Part shown: one piece after another, positions 39,083-47,951 of the stretch | Numbering within the stretch: the first letter of the stretch is position 1 | How the letters are laid out: every line of letters starts with the position of its first letter | The notes under the pieces: model-generated | What the model saw: the letters and a program-made list of their open reading frames with translations, nothing else | Told to the model about the DNA's origin: nothing | Database searches by the model: none | Made by a program: the position numbers and the translations under genes | Assembly: GCA_963675295.2 (NCBI GenBank) | Contig: CAXXKJ010000002.1 | Location: forward strand, 3,776,001-3,840,000 | Direction: 5' to 3' | Source of the DNA: a bacterium | GTDB taxonomy: Bacteria > Electryoneota > Electryoneia > Electryoneales > Electryoneaceae | Length of the DNA stretch: 64,000 nt

Positions 39083-39792
39083 GTCCGCGCCTCGAGCCGG
39101 GCGAACAGGTCTTTCTCGAGCACGCCGAGACCGTGCGCCAGTTGATCACGGAAGGCGTCCAGCTCCTCGCCACGGACACGCGGCGGCACGTGGATCGGTT
39201 CGCCGAACCCGACCGCGATCCGGGTCATCGGCAGCGGGATGAATTGCCTGTCCCACGTTCCCAGCCGCCAGCCGCTGCGGGCGATAGCGTGCATTGGCAG
39301 GATCGGACGTTTCGCCAATGACGCGATCTGCACGATGCCCGGTTTGACGTCGCGCCGGGGGCCGATCGGACCGTCCACCACCCAACCGATCGTGCGGCCT
39401 TGCTTCAGGGTGCGCACGCTCTCACGGATCGCCTGGATCTGTTGATGGCCGCTCGAGCCGCGCGCCAGGTCGAACCCGAGGCCACGCATCGCGCCGGCAA
39501 TGATTTCCCCCTCCCACGATGGCGACACGACCGCCACCATATCATTATCGCGCACGCTGTAGATGTTCATCAGCAACGCTTCGTGCCAGCTGCCGAGGAT
39601 CCAGCTTCCGGTACGCGACACGGCGCGCAGATGGTCAAGACCGGTCCAGCGAATGTCCCATGTCGCGCCGATCCGGCGCAGCAGCGGTGTCAACAGATGC
39701 TGCGTCAGCGGCGGCATCGCGTATGGCCACAGGCCTGCGGGTTGCCCCGGCCGTGGTTCAGGCAGTCGAAAAAGCTGTTGGTAGTTGATCAT
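39079..39792 (-). CDS. DUF374 / lysophospholipid acyltransferase-family protein
   Basis: WH…VVSPSWEGE…RGSS…DGPIGP…WDRQFIPLP. Confidence 0.85.
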   Translation of the reverse strand: MINYQQLFRLPEPRPGQPAGLWPYAMPPLTQHLLTPLLRRIGATWDIRWTGLDHLRAVSRTGSWILGSWHEALLMNIYSVRDNDMVAVVSPSWEGEIIAGAMRGLGFDLARGSSGHQQIQAIRESVRTLKQGRTIGWVVDGPIGPRRDVKPGIVQIASLAKRPILPMHAIARSGWRLGTWDRQFIPLPMTRIAVGFGEPIHVPPRVRGEELDAFRDQLAHGLGVLEKDLFARLEART

Positions 39793-40271
39793 GGTTGTTT
39801 CGATCCGTTGAATGCATACGAAATGTGATCATTCTCAGGTGGGAAACTCAACAGGTTTCAGCGCTCCTGATGTCAGTTTTCGAATAAGTTGGATCTTCCA
39901 GAAAGAAAGTACAGGAGGGAAGAACATACGCGTAAAAGCATATTCGCATGAAGAGATATTCTTGATAGCGAAAAAACTAACAATTCGCCGAGGGTGATAT
40001 TGTTGAGAAAAAGGATGGAAGATAAAAGAAAACCAGCTGGATTTCGGTAGCCTGTGGAATAGTGCAATTTGAATGAAGAAAACGAACAATGTTGCGTGTC
40101 TCTTTCCAGTATTGCAATCGGAGCGACAGTGCGGAAGTCGTATTGAATTTATTGAAATTGAAGTTCATGCAAAAAATTGCATGAACAGTATTTGTAATTT
40201 ACCCGCTGATACACTAGAATTACGTCGAAAATACGGAAAAGCTTCTTGGAGTGGTTTTGTTCTCAGCGGGG

Positions 40272-40300
40272 TTGACTGGAGATGTTAGACTGATTATTAT
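40272..40300 (+). promoter_or_regulatory. Putative sigma70 promoter
   Basis: TTGACT-N17-TATTAT upstream of the 79-aa ORF. Confidence 0.6.
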
Positions 40301-40360
40301 AGTTGTGTACATTGGCGTACATAAGACAAGATTGGGCGCGCTACACGAAAGGAACACCTC

Positions 40361-40600
40361 ATGGCGACCGTCAGTGACCGCAAGTACGCGGAAGGTATGG
40401 GTTTGGATGTTGAACAGGTTCGCAAGTTAATCAAGCGACTGGATATCGCTTTCTTCTCCAGTGGCAAGGGCGAAAGCATGGTTTACATGTTCGACTCCGA
40501 TGAACTCGACTCGAAGTTGCAGGACATGAAGAAGTCGAAGAAGGATCGTCGTCGCGGTCCGCGCAAAAAGGCTGCGAAGACGGCTGCGGCGAAGAAGTAA
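40361..40600 (+). CDS. Small basic protein, putative HTH DNA-binding with Lys/Ala-rich tail
   Basis: RBS AAAGGA; YAEGMGLDVEQVRKLIKR helix-turn-helix-like; tail KKSKKDRRRGPRKKAAKTAAAKK; downstream hairpin and T tract. Confidence 0.7.
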   Translation: MATVSDRKYAEGMGLDVEQVRKLIKRLDIAFFSSGKGESMVYMFDSDELDSKLQDMKKSKKDRRRGPRKKAAKTAAAKK

Positions 40601-40753
40601 CGCCTTCCGTCGACTTGAAGTGACTGGGAGTTCCATCGGATATTGGCAGAAACATCCTGTGGGACTCCCTTTTTTGCCTGCTCGATCCCGACACCGACTA
40701 AGATCGACCTGCCAACCTGTTCATTTATCTGGACTTGCGTAAGTTGCCCCTCC

Positions 40754-40769
40754 CGGCACGCGAGTTGCT
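40754..40769 (+). promoter_or_regulatory. sigma54 (-24/-12) promoter of flgB
   Basis: CGGCAC-GCGAG-TTGCT with canonical GG-N10-GC spacing, 33 nt before the ATG. Confidence 0.7.
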
Positions 40770-40801
40770 CACTGTTTTCCGTCAACAGGAACACTCCGTC
40801 C

Positions 40802-41242
40802 ATGAGCAACAACACCTACAACTTTCTCTTCAAGCGGCTGGACGCGATGCAGCCCCTCGTAAAGGGATTGGATGCCTACGCCGCGCGGCAGAAAGCGATT
40901 GCATCCAACATTGCGAACTCGGAAACGCCCGGCTACCGTGCCAGGCGTGTCGAGTTTGAGAACGAACTACGCACCGTGGTCGACCGGCACCGCCGGATGC
41001 TTTCCCGTTCCAGCGGAACACACATCCCGGTTGCCGGCGGGCAACGTCGGATGGATAAGCTGCAGCCGCATGTGGTGGAAAACGAAAACCGTGAGCTGAT
41101 CAACGGCGTCAACAACGTCGACATTGACGCCGAGATGGCGGGCATGGCGACCAACCAGATTCAGTTTTCGACGGCCGCCAAGGTGTTGAGCATGCGGTAT
41201 AAAATCCTGCGGTCGAGCATTCTCGGACGAAGCTCCGGATAG
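40802..41242 (+). CDS. flgB: Flagellar basal-body rod protein FlgB
   Basis: RQKAIASNIANSETPGY and NNVDIDAEMA. Confidence 0.92.
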   Translation: MSNNTYNFLFKRLDAMQPLVKGLDAYAARQKAIASNIANSETPGYRARRVEFENELRTVVDRHRRMLSRSSGTHIPVAGGQRRMDKLQPHVVENENRELINGVNNVDIDAEMAGMATNQIQFSTAAKVLSMRYKILRSSILGRSSG

Positions 41243-41273
41243 CCCGGAGCGCATCATCCCGATTCAGAACAGA

Positions 41274-41299
41274 AAAACACGCCCCGAAAGGCGTGTTTT
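41274..41299. terminator. Bidirectional terminator
   Basis: AAAACACGCC-CCGAAA-GGCGTGTTTT between convergent genes. Confidence 0.75.
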
Positions 41300-41325
41300 C
41301 TATCTCATCAATACTCTTGTTCGCA

Positions 41326-41772
41326 TCACTTCTTCGCGAGATAATCGCGGAATTGCTGCTTCAGGCTGCCGTTCGCACCGTCATCCATGAATTCGAGGAA
41401 TCGCTGTACCTGGTCCACAGTCTCATCACTGATCAGGTGCTCGACCTTGCACGCGTCGTCCTCCGCCTGCTCTTCGGAGATGTTGAACACCTCGCTGAAC
41501 AGTCGCTTGAACATCTTGTGCTTACGGTAAATACGATTCGCTTCCCGGCGGCCCTTCTCCGTGAGTTCAATGTCGCCATACTTCTGATGCAGCACCAGCC
41601 CTCGGTCCTGCAGAACGGACAGGGCTTCGGTCACGGACGGCTTCGACACACCCATCGAATCGGCGATATTTTTCACCTTCGCCGGCAATCCCTCGAGATC
41701 TTGAAAATAGATCGTCTCGAGGTAGTCCTCCATGTTCGCGCTGAGACCGTTTTTCTCACGTCGGTGCGGCAT
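41326..41772 (-). CDS. DtxR/MntR-family metal-dependent regulator (short form)
   Basis: MEDYLETI, IADSMGVSKPSVT, KH…AEDDACKVEHLIS. Confidence 0.92.
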   Translation of the reverse strand: MPHRREKNGLSANMEDYLETIYFQDLEGLPAKVKNIADSMGVSKPSVTEALSVLQDRGLVLHQKYGDIELTEKGRREANRIYRKHKMFKRLFSEVFNISEEQAEDDACKVEHLISDETVDQVQRFLEFMDDGANGSLKQQFRDYLAKK

Positions 41773-41955
41773 GACATTCCTCCAGGACGTTTCCGGCGGT
41801 TACCCGATTCCAGGTAGTCGCAAGCTCGTGTTGTTCAAGAACCTGCCAAAGATTGAACCTGCATAAAGTTCGTCTACCATAACGGGTAGGTAAATCTAAC
41901 TTATTCGACCTAAAATAATCCAGCCCTCTGGAGCTCGCAAGCGCTTCTCCCGGTT

Positions 41956-43494
41956 TTAATGGCGGTATTGCTCGGTAACATCATCACCCCCGGGCAGGGT
42001 GAGCACACGGAAGGTTGTCGGCGACTGGCCGGCATCGCCAACAAGGCGAATAAACAGCTTGTAGCGCAGCATCAGCCGGTTGATCTTGCTCTTCAGCCCG
42101 CCTTCCGTAAGATGCTTCTGCAATGTGGGATGCACGACCACCTTGATCCGGCGCTTGCGTGTGTGGTAAAGGTAACGCGCGATCCAGCGTTCGAGCTCAG
42201 TGATCACCGTTTCCCGTGTCGCCACCATGCCGGTCCCGTTACACGCCTTGCACGGTTCTTTCAACGCGTGGACCAGGCTCGGACGAATCCGCTGGCGGGT
42301 GAGCAGCATCAGGCCGAACGCGCCGATCGGAGCCACATCCAGCTTCGCCCGGTCGCGTTTCAATTCCTTCTTCATCTCGTCGTACAGCTTCTTGCGATTC
42401 TTTTCTTCGACGAGGTCGATGAAGTCGATGGCGATGATGCCGCCGATGTCACGCAAGCGGAGCTGGCGGCAGATCTCGCGCGCGGCTCGCAAGTTGACCT
42501 TGAGGCTGTTCTCTTCGTGGTTGCTCTTGCCGACGTAGCGCCCGCTGTTCACATCGATCGTGACCATCGCCTCGGTGTGCTCAATGAGGATGTGTCCGCC
42601 ACCCTCGAGCCACACTTTGCGGCGCAAACCCTTCTCGATTTCGCTTTCGATCTCGTAATGATCGAAGATCGGCAGCTTGTCCTGGTACAGTTCGACGCGT
42701 TCCAGCAGTTGCGGCGAGACACCCTTGAGGTAGTCGGCGATTTCCTTGTGCAGCGTCTTCGAGTCAACGATCAGGTGATCGATTTCCGGGCCGAACAGGT
42801 CGCGGATCACGCTGGACGCGAGGGTCACTTCCTTGTAGATCCGTTCCGGTGCTTTCGCGGTGCGGGACTTGGTCTCGATACGGTGCCACAGGTTGACCAG
42901 GCGTTCAATGTCGTCCCGCAGCGTGGCTTCGTCCTTCTCCATCGCCACGGTGCGCACGATCAGCCCGTACCCCTCACCCTGCAGCGACTTGGCGATCTTC
43001 TTCAGGCGGCGCTTTTCACGCGGGCTGGGAATCTTGCGCGAGACACCGATGGATTGCTCGTAGGGCACGAGCACGACGAACCGTCCGGGCAGTGATATCT
43101 GGCTGGTTACCCGCGGTCCTTTGCCGCCCATCGGTTCCTTGGTCACCTGGACGAGGATTTCCTGGCCAGCCTGCAGGTTAACCCGGGCGACGTTCCCCCG
43201 GCGTCCTCCGCCATTCCCGTTCCCGTTGCCATTGCCGTTTTCGTCGTCTTCATCGGCGATTTCGTACAACGTGCCGACGTCGTTGAAGTGCAGGAACCCG
43301 TCCTGTTCCCAGCCGATGTCGACAAACGCGGCGGAGATGCCGTTCAGCACCTTGCGAACCTTGCCGAGGTACATGTCCCCGACGTTGCGTTCGCTCTCCG
43401 GCCGCTCGACGAACACTTCCGCGACGCGATCATCCTCGAGCAGCACGATTCGTGTTTCCGCGGTCGCGGCGTTGATGACGATCTGTTTCTTCAT
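41956..43494 (-). CDS. rng: Rne/Rng-family ribonuclease (RNase G-sized)
   Basis: S1 AAFVDIG, QVTKEP..KGPR, IDVNSG, LRLRDIGGIIAIDFID, CKAC zinc link. Confidence 0.93.
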   Translation of the reverse strand: MKKQIVINAATAETRIVLLEDDRVAEVFVERPESERNVGDMYLGKVRKVLNGISAAFVDIGWEQDGFLHFNDVGTLYEIADEDDENGNGNGNGNGGGRRGNVARVNLQAGQEILVQVTKEPMGGKGPRVTSQISLPGRFVVLVPYEQSIGVSRKIPSPREKRRLKKIAKSLQGEGYGLIVRTVAMEKDEATLRDDIERLVNLWHRIETKSRTAKAPERIYKEVTLASSVIRDLFGPEIDHLIVDSKTLHKEIADYLKGVSPQLLERVELYQDKLPIFDHYEIESEIEKGLRRKVWLEGGGHILIEHTEAMVTIDVNSGRYVGKSNHEENSLKVNLRAAREICRQLRLRDIGGIIAIDFIDLVEEKNRKKLYDEMKKELKRDRAKLDVAPIGAFGLMLLTRQRIRPSLVHALKEPCKACNGTGMVATRETVITELERWIARYLYHTRKRRIKVVVHPTLQKHLTEGGLKSKINRLMLRYKLFIRLVGDAGQSPTTFRVLTLPGGDDVTEQYRH

Positions 43495-46067
43495 GCCGTC
43501 ACCTCCCGCGCCTGCGCACGGGCATCGTCAATCAGCTCCATCGGAGTCAGCAGGGTGTCACCATCCCGGGTGTAGATCTCATTGCGCGTCACGGTGGTGA
43601 GGAATTCGGGCGGAGCATCCCACGCCTCCGCCAGTTCGTCGAGACGGGCGGTTGCCCCGTTGAAGACATCCAGATGCAGTTCGACAAGCCCGTTTTCCTG
43701 CTTCACGTGATGCACAAACCTGCGAAGATCCACTCGTTTTACCTTGCCTTTGCTAAGGCGGTTGATGGTGAAAGACTCCTGCTCGAGAAACGCTTCCAGC
43801 TGGCTCTGGAAGGTATCCGAATCCGGTGCCGGGAAGCCATAGAGCACTCGTTCAACAATTGAAGTTAACGCCGCCGGGCGTTTCTGTTGCACAATCGCCC
43901 GCTGGGCGCGAATCCCATCCGGAGCAAACCTGTTAATCGCGGAGATGAGCTCATCCGCCTCCATGGATTCGTAGAGGCTGATGTCAATGTACTCGGCGTC
44001 GCTTTGCAATCCAACCGGCAACGGCGGGCCGAATCCCAGCCGCGCGTGCGGGTGAAACCCTTGCGAATACGCGATCGGAACTTCGGCACGGCGGAGCAAA
44101 CGTTCCCACAGCCTGACGAAATCCAGGTGACCCGACCAACGCAACTCCGAGCCTCGAGTATAACGAACTCGGGCGACCACTGCGACATCTGACGGCGCGG
44201 GTGTCTCCGCGACCGGTTGCGGCGCGGGGCGTGCGACCTCCGGATACAGGTTGCAGACCAGTTGCCCGTCCGGAATCATCTTCTGCAGCCCGCAGCCGTG
44301 ACACTGTCCGACACGGCAGTCCACCGTTGTCCGCACCCGCATCGCCTTGTGCATCTCGCGGTCGTGGAAACGGTCGTGCACACCCTTGCTGACGTGGCCC
44401 CACGGCAGCTTCTCACCGGGCACAAACTCGCTGGCGAGCTGGTTCGGGTCGAGTTCCGCATCACGGAACGCCTGCCACCAGCGCTCAGCGATGAAACGGT
44501 CGTTCCACGCCTCCAGCACACCGCCGTATTTCCACACCCGTTCGATCACACCGCCCATCCGGCGGTCGCCACGCGCGATACAGGTTTCGATCAGCGCGCT
44601 CTCCGGACCGTGCGTCGTCAACCGCGCCTGCACATCCCGGAACGATCGCCGCAGCACCTCGATCCGGCGCTGGACTTCTTCGACGGGCACCTGCCCGAAG
44701 CGCTGGAACGGCGTGTGCGCCTTCGGGGCGAACGGACTGACGGATACCGTCACCCGCTGGCGTTTGCTCGAGCGCAGCTTCGTCACCTGGTGCGCGAGCT
44801 TCGCGATGCCGAACAGGTCTTCGTCCGTTTCCGTCGGCAGCCCGATCATGAAGTACAGCTTGACCGAGTTGTAGCCCTCGCCGAACGCCAGCTCCGCCGC
44901 ACGCAGCAGGTCTTCTTCTCGCGAATTCTTATTGATCACGTCCCGCAGCCGTTGCGTCCCGGCTTCCGGCGCGAACGTGATTCCCGACTTGCGCGATCCA
45001 GGGAAGGCGTGCGCCATTTCGCGGGTGAACGAGTCCGGCCTCAGCGACGGGAACGCCAGCGAAATCCCCTTGCCGGCGAACTCATCCTGCAACGCGTCAA
45101 TCAGGTCTGGCAGCGGACTGTAATCGGAGGTGGACAGCGAGGTCAGGCTCAGTTCGTTGTGCCCGGTCGCGCGCACATTGGCAATCGCCTGCGCAACCAC
45201 GTCTTCCATCGGCCGTTCCCGCACCGGCCGGTACAACGTCCCCGCCTGGCAGAAGCGGCAGCCGCGTGTGCAGCCACGCATCACCTCGAGGCTCAGCCGG
45301 TCGAACGTGGTCTCGGTCAACGGGACGAGCGGCGTGTCCGGGTAATACTCCGGCTTCAACGTTTCCACCAGCTGTCCCAGCACCAGTGGACGATCACCAT
45401 GATCGACGAAGAAGCGGCCATTCTTGCCCTCGACGGGCGTATACAGTGACGGCCGGTACATGCCCTTCATGTCTGCGAGGCGCGCGATCGTTTGTTCGCG
45501 GGTGTATCCAGCCCGCTTGCACTGCAATGCAGCCGTCGCGATCTCGACGGCGAACTCTTCCCCATCGCCGACCGCGACAAGATCCACGAACTCCGCGAAC
45601 GGTTCCGGATTGTACGCCACCGGCCCGCCGGCGATCACAATCGGATCGGATGCACGTCGCTGATCGCTGCGGATCGGAACCTGGCCGAGGTCGAGCAACT
45701 CGAGCATTCCGGGCAGCGCCATTTCGTACGACAGGCTGACGCCGACGATGTCTACGTCGCACAGCGGAGTGCGTGTTTCCAGGGTGGGCAGTGGGGTCCG
45801 GGTCGCGCGGAACCGGGCGGCGGCGTCCTCTTCCGGCAGGAACACACGTTCCCCGGCAATCACTGGATCGCAGGAATTGATCCGGTGATAGAGAATCTGC
45901 ACCGCCAGCGAGCTCATCGCGATCTCGTACAAATCCGGGAACGCGATGGCGATTCGTAGTTCGGCGTCTGGCTTTACAATCCGGTGCAGTTCACGTCCGG
46001 CATAGCGCTGCGGCTTCCGCACGTGGGGAAGGATGTCCGTTTCAACACGGTCCCAAAACTGTGTCAA
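43491..46067 (-). CDS. TIGR03960-type radical SAM protein fused to a TIGR03936-type (DUF2344) linker domain
   Basis: KPQRYAG.E, AFPDLYEI, RGCTRGCRFCQAG, FAPEAGTQRLR, C-terminal GHLD…YSQGFHPH…GPPLPVG. Confidence 0.9.
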   Translation of the reverse strand: MTQFWDRVETDILPHVRKPQRYAGRELHRIVKPDAELRIAIAFPDLYEIAMSSLAVQILYHRINSCDPVIAGERVFLPEEDAAARFRATRTPLPTLETRTPLCDVDIVGVSLSYEMALPGMLELLDLGQVPIRSDQRRASDPIVIAGGPVAYNPEPFAEFVDLVAVGDGEEFAVEIATAALQCKRAGYTREQTIARLADMKGMYRPSLYTPVEGKNGRFFVDHGDRPLVLGQLVETLKPEYYPDTPLVPLTETTFDRLSLEVMRGCTRGCRFCQAGTLYRPVRERPMEDVVAQAIANVRATGHNELSLTSLSTSDYSPLPDLIDALQDEFAGKGISLAFPSLRPDSFTREMAHAFPGSRKSGITFAPEAGTQRLRDVINKNSREEDLLRAAELAFGEGYNSVKLYFMIGLPTETDEDLFGIAKLAHQVTKLRSSKRQRVTVSVSPFAPKAHTPFQRFGQVPVEEVQRRIEVLRRSFRDVQARLTTHGPESALIETCIARGDRRMGGVIERVWKYGGVLEAWNDRFIAERWWQAFRDAELDPNQLASEFVPGEKLPWGHVSKGVHDRFHDREMHKAMRVRTTVDCRVGQCHGCGLQKMIPDGQLVCNLYPEVARPAPQPVAETPAPSDVAVVARVRYTRGSELRWSGHLDFVRLWERLLRRAEVPIAYSQGFHPHARLGFGPPLPVGLQSDAEYIDISLYESMEADELISAINRFAPDGIRAQRAIVQQKRPAALTSIVERVLYGFPAPDSDTFQSQLEAFLEQESFTINRLSKGKVKRVDLRRFVHHVKQENGLVELHLDVFNGATARLDELAEAWDAPPEFLTTVTRNEIYTRDGDTLLTPMELIDDARAQAREVTA

Positions 46068-47365
46068 TCGTTTTGATCCTCGACCTGCGCATCGGCGGGA
46101 GGATGTACACGGAGAGAGAGGACCCGATTGCCATCGACCGCGTTAACCCTGAAACTCCATCCCGAATGCTGAAACTCCTGTCCCGGAGTGGGGACTTCGC
46201 CCGCCAGCGAAAAGATAAATCCGCCCAACGTGTCGTAGTCCTCTTCCGTCGGAACCACATCCTCGCCGATTTCACGATTGAAATCCGAAACTTCCATCTT
46301 GGCCAACACGAGGAGGTCGCCATCATCGAGATGGCTGAAAATCTCTTCCTCGGTATCAAATTCGTCGTGGATTTCGCCGACGATCTCCTCGATCACGTCT
46401 TCCATCGTGACCAGACCCTCGGTACCGCCGTACTCATCCACCACGATTGCCATGTGAATCTTGTGCTTCTGGAACTCCTTCAACAGCGTCGCGATGCGCT
46501 TGCTTTCCGGCACAAAATACGCCTCGCGCATCACCTCGCTGACAGCCTTGCCGCTGTGCCCGTTCGTGTTCGCGCCGATCAGATCCTTCGCGTACAGGAT
46601 GCCGACGATGTGGTCAACATCCTTGTCGAACACCGGGATGCGGCTGTGTCCGTTTTCACGGATCGTACGTATCACTTCATCCACTCTCGCATCCTGCGGC
46701 ACGGCGATCATGTCGATGCGGGGGACCATGATTTCCCCGGCCTCGGTTTCGCCAAACTCGAAGATCGAGTGGATCATCTCCCGTTCGTCTTCTTCGAGCA
46801 CGCCGTGCTCCTCGCTGACTTCCGCGAGGGTGCGTAGCTCTTCTTCGCTGAACAGGATGCGTGTCGCCTCGACACCGAAGATGCGCGCCAGCACATCGAC
46901 CAGACCGACCAACAGCCGTGTGATCGGCCACATGAAGAACGATGCGATCTGGATCGGACCCGATAGCAACAGTGCCCAACGTTCGTTGTGACGCAACGCG
47001 AACACCTTGGGCGAGATTTCGACCAGCACGATGAGCAGGAAGGTGACGACGAGAATCTGCACCACCAACGCCAGGCGGGGATCGAGGCCGGCTTTCAGTG
47101 CCGCCTCGGTAACAGCCAAAGCGGCCACACTGGCCGCCGAGGTATTGACAACCGTATTTCCGATCAGGATTGCAACGAGCAACTCGCGTGGTTTGTCCAG
47201 TAGACGCACCACACGGCGGGCGCCGGAATCGGTGCGCTCGCGCAGATCACGGATCTGCGCTTTGGACAGGGAAAAGAACGCGGTTTCGCTGCCGGAAAAG
47301 AATGCGGACAGGACTAGCAGTGCGACGAAGACAATGATCTCAGTCCCGTATGGTTGACTGTCCAC
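46064..47365 (-). CDS. Hemolysin/CNNM family protein (DUF21 + CBS pair + CorC_HlyC)
   Basis: SAFFSGSETAFFSL, ILIGNTVVN, IMVPR, HSRIPV, VVDEYGGTEG, YDTLGG; GTG start inferred. Confidence 0.9.
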   Translation of the reverse strand: MDSQPYGTEIIVFVALLVLSAFFSGSETAFFSLSKAQIRDLRERTDSGARRVVRLLDKPRELLVAILIGNTVVNTSAASVAALAVTEAALKAGLDPRLALVVQILVVTFLLIVLVEISPKVFALRHNERWALLLSGPIQIASFFMWPITRLLVGLVDVLARIFGVEATRILFSEEELRTLAEVSEEHGVLEEDEREMIHSIFEFGETEAGEIMVPRIDMIAVPQDARVDEVIRTIRENGHSRIPVFDKDVDHIVGILYAKDLIGANTNGHSGKAVSEVMREAYFVPESKRIATLLKEFQKHKIHMAIVVDEYGGTEGLVTMEDVIEEIVGEIHDEFDTEEEIFSHLDDGDLLVLAKMEVSDFNREIGEDVVPTEEDYDTLGGFIFSLAGEVPTPGQEFQHSGWSFRVNAVDGNRVLSLRVHPPADAQVEDQND

Positions 47366-47372
47366 CTCCTGT

Positions 47373-47951
47373 TTAGCCCCTCTGCTCCACCGGATAATTG
47401 ACTTGCCACGCCAGGACGCCGGTTTCCCGTCCCGCACGAGCCAGACCTTCGTCTTCACGGTCGTTCATGGCTCGGCGCTTCGCGGCTGTATCATCGTCCC
47501 ACCCCGCAAGGTGCAAAACACCATGCAGCAGCAGACGCGATACTTCTTCGGTTATCGTGCAACCGAAATCTATCGCCTGTTCATGAGCCTTCTGCAAGCT
47601 AACATAGATTTCGGCGTCAGGAAAATCCTCAATGTCGTCAAGTTCGGAGTTTACCTCCGTAGGTTCCCCATCGAACCCGGCTTCAGATTCGGCAATCTGA
47701 GCCTCATCCGTAGCCTCGAACTCATCTTCGTCCGCGCCTGATTCCGCGCGAAAATCGAAGGTGATGACGTCCGTCGGACCCTCGTGCTGCAGGTACTGCT
47801 CGTTCAGCTCACGGATCTCGTCATTGCCAACCAGCACGAACTGCACCTCGCCGATCTCCAGCGACTCACGTGCCGCTTCGTCCGCCAACCATGCCAGCAA
47901 CGGCTCTTTGCCCTCAAGCGACCAACCCGCGAGATCGACGATGATCGTCAT
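47373..47951 (-). CDS. ybeY: rRNA maturation endoribonuclease YbeY
   Basis: IRELNEQY…PTDVITF…EIYVS…HGVLHLAGWDD; phoH-HD-ybeY gene order. Confidence 0.88.
   Translation of the reverse strand: MTIIVDLAGWSLEGKEPLLAWLADEAARESLEIGEVQFVLVGNDEIRELNEQYLQHEGPTDVITFDFRAESGADEDEFEATDEAQIAESEAGFDGEPTEVNSELDDIEDFPDAEIYVSLQKAHEQAIDFGCTITEEVSRLLLHGVLHLAGWDDDTAAKRRAMNDREDEGLARAGRETGVLAWQVNYPVEQRG

Noticed and set aside
39800-40360. dif site or oriC near xerD
   Set aside because: The region is AT-rich, but I found no convincing XerC/XerD arm pair or DnaA-box cluster.
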